The notes beneath the pieces were generated by a model. It made no database searches. It was not told the origin of the DNA and worked only from the letters and a program-made list of their open reading frames with translations. Positions 57,125 through 64,000 of a stretch of DNA of 64,000 nucleotides are shown here, in pieces. Made by a program: the position numbers and the translations under genes. Source of the DNA: Polyangiaceae bacterium (GTDB lineage Bacteria; Myxococcota_A; Polyangia; Polyangiales; Polyangiaceae); the NCBI GenBank assembly GCA_044376115.1, contig JBILLK010000010.1, positions 256,001 to 320,000 on the forward strand, read 5' to 3'. Every line of letters starts with the position of its first letter. Within the stretch, counting starts at the first letter, position 1.

Positions 57125-58423
57125 CTAGGAAATGACCTCAGAACGAGTCTCGGGCGGGATGGTGTTACCGCTGTGCGTGGCCGTTGGGTCCTTGAGACCC
57201 ATCGTGGTTTCACGGAAATGCAGGAAGATGGTCTGCAAAAGTGACAGGCAGGGCACGGCAAAGAGTGCACCTTTGATCTGAAAGAAGTGCTCGCCGACGA
57301 GCAACGAGAAGACCACCAGCACCGGGTGAATCTTGGCCGAATCCCCGATGATCTTGGGGTTGAGGAAGTTCGCCTCGACCTGGTGGATGCCGATGATCCA
57401 AGCCAACACGGCGAAAGCGGTGCCCGGCGACTGGGTGAGCCCGATGGCCACCGCCGGGAAAGCCGACACGATCGACCCGAAGATCGGGATCAGCGAGCCG
57501 ATCGCGGCGATCAGCGCCATCAGCGGCCAATACTTCAGGTCAAACAGCCAAAAGCCGATCGCCGAGAGCACGCCGTTCACCAGACAGATCAAGAGCTGCC
57601 CACGTACGACGCCCGAAAGCCCACGGTCCAACCGACGCAACAAACGGTCGAATGAATCCTGGGACGAGCGCAGAAATAGCTCGCGAAAGAACCTGAGAAT
57701 TCGCTCGTGGGTGAGCATCATGTAACCCCCGAGCATCAAGGTCATGAACAGGTTGAAGATGCCGCGCGATACGGCGCTGACGATCTTCTGCCCGAGCTTG
57801 ATGATCTCGACCGAGTTCTCAGCGACGTATTGCGAGGCGCGATCGAGAGCTTTGCGCAGCAGCGCTTTGCTGCCGGTGGCCTTTTCACGCTCGACCTGCT
57901 CGACGCGCCAGGTGCCCTCGTTGACCTGACGAAACTGCGTGCGCTCATTGACGTGGACCTCGAAGCCGCCGTCTTCCCGCGGCGTGATCAGTAGCGGGGC
58001 ATCGGACTTGGGGCGATCGACTTCGGCAGGCGGTTCGGGCTCCTCGGCCTGTTGACCCATGACACTGGCCAAACGCTCATCGATCGCCGGCCCCCACTTG
58101 GTCTCCGCTTGCTCGATCAGATGGGGCACCTCGCTTTTGAAGGCCCGCACCTCGTTGATCATGCTGGGCATGATTACGGCGATGAAGCCGCCGATGGCGC
58201 CCAGCACCACCACATAAACGAGCAAAATGGCGGCGAATCGCGGGACGCGCAGCTTCTCGATGCGCAGCACCAACGGCAGCAGGATGTAGGCCACCAGCAG
58301 GCCGAGCACGAAGGGCAGCAGCACCTCGTTGGAGACGATCAGAATGGCGACCAGCGCAATCGCGCTGATCCACAGAAAGGCGAGCCGCTGACGGCGCTTG
58401 GGGTCCTCTCGATTGTCGCTCAT
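57125..58423 (-). CDS. AI-2E (PerM/YhhT) family transporter
   Basis: PF......AY...P, RGQL, IP.FG, E.NFL.PKI.G....HP and GAL.AVP motifs. Confidence 0.9.
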   Translation of the reverse strand: MSDNREDPKRRQRLAFLWISAIALVAILIVSNEVLLPFVLGLLVAYILLPLVLRIEKLRVPRFAAILLVYVVVLGAIGGFIAVIMPSMINEVRAFKSEVPHLIEQAETKWGPAIDERLASVMGQQAEEPEPPAEVDRPKSDAPLLITPREDGGFEVHVNERTQFRQVNEGTWRVEQVEREKATGSKALLRKALDRASQYVAENSVEIIKLGQKIVSAVSRGIFNLFMTLMLGGYMMLTHERILRFFRELFLRSSQDSFDRLLRRLDRGLSGVVRGQLLICLVNGVLSAIGFWLFDLKYWPLMALIAAIGSLIPIFGSIVSAFPAVAIGLTQSPGTAFAVLAWIIGIHQVEANFLNPKIIGDSAKIHPVLVVFSLLVGEHFFQIKGALFAVPCLSLLQTIFLHFRETTMGLKDPTATHSGNTIPPETRSEVIS

Positions 58424-58548
58424 GGGTGCGTTCTCGCGGCTAGTGGAAGGGCGCGTGAAGCTATCACGATACGAACTCTCAGGAGCCCAGCGTCACCGAA
58501 AGTCCATCTTGGTGACAGCGGAACGCCCTTCGACGCAAACCATGCAAC

Positions 58549-58564
58549 CGGCACTTGAATCGCA
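58549..58564 (+). promoter_or_regulatory. Possible sigma54 promoter for the lipoprotein operon
   Basis: CGGCAC-ttgaa-TCGCA with GG-N10-GC spacing, 27 bp upstream of ATG 58591. Confidence 0.4.
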
Positions 58565-58590
58565 AAGACCCCCGGTTCAGAGTGCTCCCG

Positions 58591-59526
58591 ATGCACCCTC
58601 TTACCTTCGTTTCCCGTCGTTGCTTGTCGTTCGTAGCCTTCTCCGCGCTGGTTTCGGCGTGCGCCGCCGGGGGTACCGGGTCGGGTGGTAGCGACGCGGA
58701 CGGAGGCAACGGTGGTGGTGGTAGCTCGGCGGGGGGTGCTCCGGCTGGCGGCAGCGGCGGGGACGGCGGAAACACTGGCTCGGCCGGCGGTTTCCAGGTC
58801 GGCGGTGGCGGGAGTGGCGGCGGCTTCGTCGGCAAGGCGGAGGTGTTCGGTCATTCCAAGTCTGCCCTGTTCCGGTTGGACCCGGAGACGAAAGCGGTAG
58901 GTAACGTCGGTCCCTTCTCAGGCGCCTCCAACATTGAGGACATTGCGCTCGACAAGGACTCCAACTTGTATGGCACCAACGCCGAAGGCCTTTACTCGAT
59001 CGATAAAGTCACCGCCGAGTGCACGTTGATCGCGGCTGGCGATTACCCGAACTCGCTCTCCTTCGTGCCGGCCGGCACGCTCGATCCGAATCAGGAGGCG
59101 CTCGTCGGCTTCCTCGACGATCAATACGTCCGCATCAACGTTGGCACCGGAAACATCACGCCGATCGGCTCCCCCTGGAACAACGACTTTGTTTCGAGCG
59201 GTGACGTGGTCTCGGTGAAAAACGGCCCCACCTACCTGACGATCAAAGACGCTCCCGGGCAGCCAACCGTGACCTGCAAAGACTGCTTGGTGGAGATCAA
59301 TCCGGCCACTGGCGCCATCATCCAGAGCTTTGGTCCGCTCGGGTTCGAGAAGGTGTTCGGCACGGCCTTCTGGGCCGGCAGCGTGTACGGCTTCACCAAT
59401 CAGGGTGAGCTGTTCGAGATCACGATCCAGAACGGGACGCCCATCACCACGCTGATCACCACGCCCGACGGGCTGAGTTTCTGGGGCGCAGGCTCCACCA
59501 CCTCGGCACCGCCGGTGCCGCAATGA
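58591..59526 (+). CDS. Lipoprotein, Gly-rich linker plus probable beta-propeller
   Basis: Lipobox VSAC; repeated beta-rich units (DIALD, SSGDVV). Confidence 0.7.
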   Translation: MHPLTFVSRRCLSFVAFSALVSACAAGGTGSGGSDADGGNGGGGSSAGGAPAGGSGGDGGNTGSAGGFQVGGGGSGGGFVGKAEVFGHSKSALFRLDPETKAVGNVGPFSGASNIEDIALDKDSNLYGTNAEGLYSIDKVTAECTLIAAGDYPNSLSFVPAGTLDPNQEALVGFLDDQYVRINVGTGNITPIGSPWNNDFVSSGDVVSVKNGPTYLTIKDAPGQPTVTCKDCLVEINPATGAIIQSFGPLGFEKVFGTAFWAGSVYGFTNQGELFEITIQNGTPITTLITTPDGLSFWGAGSTTSAPPVPQ

Positions 59527-60698
59527 GGTTTGGCCTGCTGACTTTGGCTGCACTTTGTGCGGCAGGCTGCGTCTCCAAAGAGCCGATCGAACGTGAAGGC
59601 GGCGGCGGCACTACCGCCGACGGTGCAGGCGGCTCCGGCGGCGTTGTCACGACCGGCTCCGGCGCGAGCAGCGCGAACGGTGGAGGCGGCAATGGCGGCT
59701 CCGGCAACGGTGGCAACGGCGGCTCAGCTGGCCCAGGAGGCTCGGCTCCGTGTCCGGACGGCGTTACCTGTGTGGGGACGTTTGTTTTTGTTGAGCAGAC
59801 CAACACCGCAAGCGGCGCTACTTCTGATTCCGTCGACTCCTACGCCTGCGCTCCGGCCACCAATGAGAGCGGCCCTGAGCTGATCTACCGCGTAGACCTA
59901 CCGAGCGCGGGCTTTCTCAGCGCAGCCATCTACGACGACGCTGGCACCGACATCGACGTGCACCTGCTATCCGCCTTCAACCCGGCAGCGCCGTCGGGCG
60001 ACGGCTGTATCGCACGCGGCGACAAACAGGCCGCGGCCAATGTCCCCGCCGGCTCAGCCTGGGTGATCGCCGATACCTGGGTAAACGGCTCAGGCACCGA
60101 GCTATCTGGCCCCTTCAAGATCGAGATTGGCTTCATTCCAGTGCCCACCGGCGCGTGTGAAATGGAGACTGGGGAGATGGCTCGCGTGGGAGACGGTGGC
60201 AATCACTTAGCGATGCCCGCCACAGGCCCGGTAGTGATGGAGGCACATTTGGTCACCGCTGCAGAGCCCGCCCCCTTCCCTAGCAGCGCTACCGATGAAT
60301 TGGCTGAGCACTACGCGTTATCGCAGCAGACCACCAAGCTCGTAATGCAGCGCAATCAAGTATGGGCGCCGCTCGAAGGTGGTGACTTTTACGGTGCTGG
60401 CATTTCGGACCCGGGGGACTTCCCGGTGGCCCACGAGGGTTGGTACGTAAATATGTATTGGACGCCCGCAGCAAGGCCGCCGGCAGGCACCAAGATGATC
60501 CTGCGCAGCGCAGCGGATCCTTCGCGCGCTGTGGTAGTTGCGGCTGGTTATGAGACTGGCCCCGGGGATCTCTCGCGCATCGGCGGCACGACCGAGGAGG
60601 TACATTATTATCTCGGCACCGACCACGATAGTGAGATGACGCTCGGCATCGCCAGTGATCAATCGTTGCCCTTTGGGCCGATGACCTGCACGAACTGA
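59523..60698 (+). CDS. Lipoprotein with PPC-like and C-terminal RlpA/DPBB-like segments
   Basis: Lipobox AAGC; ESGPELIY..D.DVHLL; GTKMIL...RAVVV...ETGP; ATGA overlap with the upstream gene. Confidence 0.62.
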   Translation: MRFGLLTLAALCAAGCVSKEPIEREGGGGTTADGAGGSGGVVTTGSGASSANGGGGNGGSGNGGNGGSAGPGGSAPCPDGVTCVGTFVFVEQTNTASGATSDSVDSYACAPATNESGPELIYRVDLPSAGFLSAAIYDDAGTDIDVHLLSAFNPAAPSGDGCIARGDKQAAANVPAGSAWVIADTWVNGSGTELSGPFKIEIGFIPVPTGACEMETGEMARVGDGGNHLAMPATGPVVMEAHLVTAAEPAPFPSSATDELAEHYALSQQTTKLVMQRNQVWAPLEGGDFYGAGISDPGDFPVAHEGWYVNMYWTPAARPPAGTKMILRSAADPSRAVVVAAGYETGPGDLSRIGGTTEEVHYYLGTDHDSEMTLGIASDQSLPFGPMTCTN

Positions 60699-60780
60699 CG
60701 GCCGAGTCTGCGGAGCTCGGTGAGTCGAAGCGACACCTAGCTTTTGTGCGCGTGACCAGCGCTTAAGCTAGGCTTCGCTG

Positions 60781-61863
60781 GTGCGTCGCCTTTCTTACCT
60801 GCTCGCCCTCGGCTCGCTGCTGTTGTCCTGCAAAGACCCAACGCAGGTCATGTTGCAAATCACCACCGATCTCGAGTGTCCGTCGACTGGCCCGCTGGCC
60901 GAAAGTACACTTCGCTTGGTTTCGGTGGGCATCGCTGGTGCAGCCAAACTGAACCAGAATGAGGTCCAGATCTTCAACGCCGAGACCAGCTCGTGCGAAA
61001 CGGCAGGCACGGTGGGTTCACTGGTGCTGGTTCCCGCTGAGGGCCGCGATGGGGACCTGATTGATGTGTTGGTGGTGGCCGCAGTTGAAGGCGCGTTTGG
61101 CGCGGGCACCCTCGCTGATTGCGAGATCGCGCGCAAAAACATGGATACGGAAAAGCTGGGCTCGTGCATCGTCGCCCGGCGCCGCGTAGGCTTCATCAAG
61201 AGCCGGCCGCTCTACCTGCCTATCGAGCTCGACAGCGACTGTCTTGGGAAGCTGTGCGACGAGAACTCAACCTGCTTTCAAGGAAACTGCGTTGAGGCGA
61301 CCGTGAGCTGCGATGAAGCGGGCAACTGTGAAATGCCCGCTGAAACAGGCGGCGGCGGGTCGGGCGCCGGACCGAGCAACGGCGGCGGTGGCAGCGGCGG
61401 GTCTGGCAACGGTGGCTCTGGCAACGGTGGCGCTGGCAACGGTGGGGCTGGCAACGGTGGCTCCGGCAACGGCGGCGACGGCGGCACGACCAGCAACGGA
61501 GGCAATGGTGGCGACGGCGGCACCACCAGCGGGGGCAACGGTGGCGATGGCGGCACCACCAGCGGGGGCAACGGTGGCGATGGGGGCTCGATTAGCTCCG
61601 GCAATGGCGGATTTGGCGGTATGGGCGGTATGGGCGGCTCGGCCAGCTCCGGCAACGGTGGATTTGGCGGTATGGGCGGTATGGGCGGCAGCGCGGGCAA
61701 CGGCGGCAGCACCAGCTCCGGTCTAGGTGGCGGCCTCTCCAACTGCCCCATTCCAGTCAATCCTCAAAACTGCCAGCAGTGCATGGCCCAGTGCGGATTG
61801 CAGCCTGAATGCGAGGCTATGTGCGTTCCAAACCCGTTTGCGTGCGCCTGCGGAGCTATCTAG
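60781..61863 (+). CDS. Cys-rich lipoprotein with long Gly/Asn-rich repeat region
   Basis: Lipobox LLSC; GSLVLVP, CIVARR and C..G.CV (myxobacterial lipoprotein pattern). Confidence 0.72.
   Translation: MRRLSYLLALGSLLLSCKDPTQVMLQITTDLECPSTGPLAESTLRLVSVGIAGAAKLNQNEVQIFNAETSSCETAGTVGSLVLVPAEGRDGDLIDVLVVAAVEGAFGAGTLADCEIARKNMDTEKLGSCIVARRRVGFIKSRPLYLPIELDSDCLGKLCDENSTCFQGNCVEATVSCDEAGNCEMPAETGGGGSGAGPSNGGGGSGGSGNGGSGNGGAGNGGAGNGGSGNGGDGGTTSNGGNGGDGGTTSGGNGGDGGTTSGGNGGDGGSISSGNGGFGGMGGMGGSASSGNGGFGGMGGMGGSAGNGGSTSSGLGGGLSNCPIPVNPQNCQQCMAQCGLQPECEAMCVPNPFACACGAI
61348..61734 (+). repeat. Nested coding tandem repeats (GNGGS/A; GNGGDGGTTSG; SSGNGGFGGMGGMGGSA)
   Basis: Visible 15-, 33- and 51-bp repeat units. 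Confidence 0.8.
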
Positions 61864-61887
61864 CCACCGCACACGCTAGGCCAACTC

Positions 61888-63321
61888 TCACGCGCTACGC
61901 ATCATTCGCCTTCGCGACATCAGCGCAGCGCTGGCCACGAGCATGCCGCCGAAGATGAAGTAGGAGCTACGCGGGGTCTCCCCCGGCTGGATGACGCGCG
62001 GGATGAGGCCGCTCGGGCAAGCGCCTTCCGGCTCCAGGGCGATGACCGCTTGCGGAAGGTTGGTGACGTAGTCCTGCGACTCGGAGGCCGAGAGCGTTAG
62101 GTCCTGATCGAGCGCGGCGCGCGGAAGGTTGGCCTCCAGCCGGGTGATCCAGGTGAGGTTGGGGCGCAGGCCGGTCAGCGCTACCGCCATATCATCCGCC
62201 CCGGTGCAGCCTAGGGCACGAACGTCGAGCTCACCTTCTTGCACCGTGCCACAAGCCGCTGAGTCCCAGGGCTCGCCCGGCGGGCACGGGTTGACCACCC
62301 GGGCCGAAGCGTCAATCAGGCCTAGTTGGCATTGTGTGGTGGTTTCATTGTTGACGAAGGCCTGATTCAGGTAGCTCGCCACCATGCCGTCCGAACCGTC
62401 AAAGTCATTAAAGAAGAATGGCGCTTCGCCGGCGAAGGCGGTCAGAAAGCTACGCCCCTCGTTCTGCGCTAACGCTGTTTCTCGCAGCTCGGTGTAGTTC
62501 GACTCGGAGGTCTTGAAGTTCCAAGAAAGGAGGCTCTGTTGAATGGCCACTTCGGAGAAGTTGGCGGTGGTGTAGCGGCCCTCCGAGAGGACATACAGCA
62601 CAATCGGAGTAAAGGCGCCTGTGCCGATACCCACCATACGCAGCGGCAAGCTGAGGTTCATCCCCTCCATCACCACGCGCACCGGCGTCATCTGCTGAAT
62701 GCCTTTGCCGGGCTGGAGGCGCAAAGCGATAAAGTCGAAGCCTTCGGCTACATAGCTATCGATGATCGGCTGCGTGGACGGGTCTACGTTGTAGCCGTGC
62801 TCCGACAACCAGGTGTTGAGCGCGCCCGGCTCGTCCGTGCCGAGGGTCACTGTTTCATACGGGCCCACGGTGCCCTGGTGGAGGACCTCCACCGTGGGAT
62901 TGCCGGACTCCTCAAAATCTCCGCCGGCCGCCAGATCGTTCGAGACCAAACAGCCGCTCGAGGAACCACCACCACAATCGAGCTGCGGGGGGATCACGCG
63001 CAGCGCCGTATTGGCCTCGAGCACCTCGAAGAAAGCGGCGGTTGACGCCTCCACCCGCGCGCCCGCCTTGACCGGCAACACCCAGGCGAAGTCTTCAGGC
63101 TCACCGGAGTATTGGATCTGATCCCACAACACCGACTGCGTAGGCGAGACCGACATCACCATGCGATGCCCAGTCACCACCGTCGGCGGATCTTGCGGCG
63201 CGAAGCAGCCGCCACAGGCTTTGGCTTCCCGCGGCTGCGCCAACACCAAGCCAAGGGCACCGAGCAGGCCCAAACTCGAAACGAAGGAGGAGGTAAGGAA
63301 GGAAGCTTTGGTTCGGGTCAT
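61888..63321 (-). CDS. DUF2330 family exported protein with C-terminal membrane anchor
   Basis: AKACGGCF, QIQYSG....FAWVLPV, VGPYE, WL..HGY and F.ALRL motifs; TM followed by an RRR tail. Confidence 0.8.
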   Translation of the reverse strand: MTRTKASFLTSSFVSSLGLLGALGLVLAQPREAKACGGCFAPQDPPTVVTGHRMVMSVSPTQSVLWDQIQYSGEPEDFAWVLPVKAGARVEASTAAFFEVLEANTALRVIPPQLDCGGGSSSGCLVSNDLAAGGDFEESGNPTVEVLHQGTVGPYETVTLGTDEPGALNTWLSEHGYNVDPSTQPIIDSYVAEGFDFIALRLQPGKGIQQMTPVRVVMEGMNLSLPLRMVGIGTGAFTPIVLYVLSEGRYTTANFSEVAIQQSLLSWNFKTSESNYTELRETALAQNEGRSFLTAFAGEAPFFFNDFDGSDGMVASYLNQAFVNNETTTQCQLGLIDASARVVNPCPPGEPWDSAACGTVQEGELDVRALGCTGADDMAVALTGLRPNLTWITRLEANLPRAALDQDLTLSASESQDYVTNLPQAVIALEPEGACPSGLIPRVIQPGETPRSSYFIFGGMLVASAALMSRRRMMRSA

Positions 63322-63448
63322 GGCGCTGACCACAAAGCAATTCTCGGACCAGGTCTGGCCCTCAAAGATTCCCAATACTTGTGCTCATCGCCGATGAACG
63401 CGGGCCAAGTTGGGCCACGCGTAATGCAGCAGCCGCCGGCATAGCCGC

Positions 63449-64000
63449 CTACGACTCGGTCAGCAGCGCCCGCAAGCGCTCGATGGCGATGTCGTAGTGC
63501 TTGGTGCAGTAGTCGCAGTCGATCTCTAGCCCTTCACCGTCATCCACCATCTCCTGCAGGTCCTGTCGGCTCAGGGTGGCCAAGGCCCCCAGCACCAGCG
63601 TCTCGTCGCAACGACAGTGAAAGCGCAGCGCCTGACGCCCAAGCGGCGTGGAGGGCATGCCGAAGAGCAGCTCATCGATCAGCATCTGCGCCGAAAATTC
63701 GGGCTCCGAGAGGTACTTCTCGAGCGGAGGGAAGTCCTCCAAGCGTTGCGTCATGATCATGTGCTGCGGCCGATCCACCTCGGGCAGCAGTTGCACGATG
63801 AAGCCGCCTGCTTGCAGCAGCTCATCCCCGTTGAAGATCGAACCCACGCGCGCCACGCTGACGAGCTGCTCGGACTCGGCCAGGTATTGCGTCAGCGCCT
63901 CGGCAACACCCCCCGCTGTGCCGACGTCGACGATGCCCTGCTGCAAGCTACCGTTGGCCAAGCTGCGCATCATCTTGAGCTGAGCGCCCGGGCCCATCGA
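63449..64000 (-). CDS. hslO: Hsp33 redox-regulated chaperone (5' end outside the window)
   Basis: YL.ESEQ, AGGFIVQLLP, CRC and CDYC zinc motifs. Confidence 0.92.
   Translation of the reverse strand, partial: SMGPGAQLKMMRSLANGSLQQGIVDVGTAGGVAEALTQYLAESEQLVSVARVGSIFNGDELLQAGGFIVQLLPEVDRPQHMIMTQRLEDFPPLEKYLSEPEFSAQMLIDELLFGMPSTPLGRQALRFHCRCDETLVLGALATLSRQDLQEMVDDGEGLEIDCDYCTKHYDIAIERLRALLTES

Overview
A GC-rich, gene-dense bacterial chromosomal segment, almost certainly from a myxobacterium (Polyangiaceae/Sorangiineae-like). The evidence is a MYXO-CTERM protein, many Gly-rich/Cys-rich lipoproteins, Hanks-type Ser/Thr kinases and sigma54 regulation. About 52 CDS can be called, including rnhA, a glutamate dehydrogenase, hmgA-hppD, asnS, rpsA and a partial hslO. 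I saw no rRNA, tRNA, CRISPR array, transposase or phage genes. Most notable: (1) an apparently intact eukaryote-type bifunctional 6-phosphofructo-2-kinase/fructose-2,6-bisphosphatase (18171-19397); (2) an ORF missing from the supplied track (<1-1250, minus strand) encoding a cofactor-independent phosphoglycerate mutase homologue that has lost its catalytic residues and is translationally coupled to RNase HI; (3) a possible surface-glycan cluster of a TMTC-like GT-C transferase, an LNS2/HAD lipoprotein, a double EPN-type C-type lectin and two LtaS/EptA-like transferases; (4) a DUF2760-Hsp70-Hsp70 operon whose DUF2760 protein looks GrpE-like; (5) a REP/MITE-like palindromic element in the 740-bp gap at 54036-54774; (6) a frameshifted Ser/Thr kinase and several clear operator/promoter motifs. 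All family assignments come from motif recognition by eye, not database searches, and several start codons are my best estimates.
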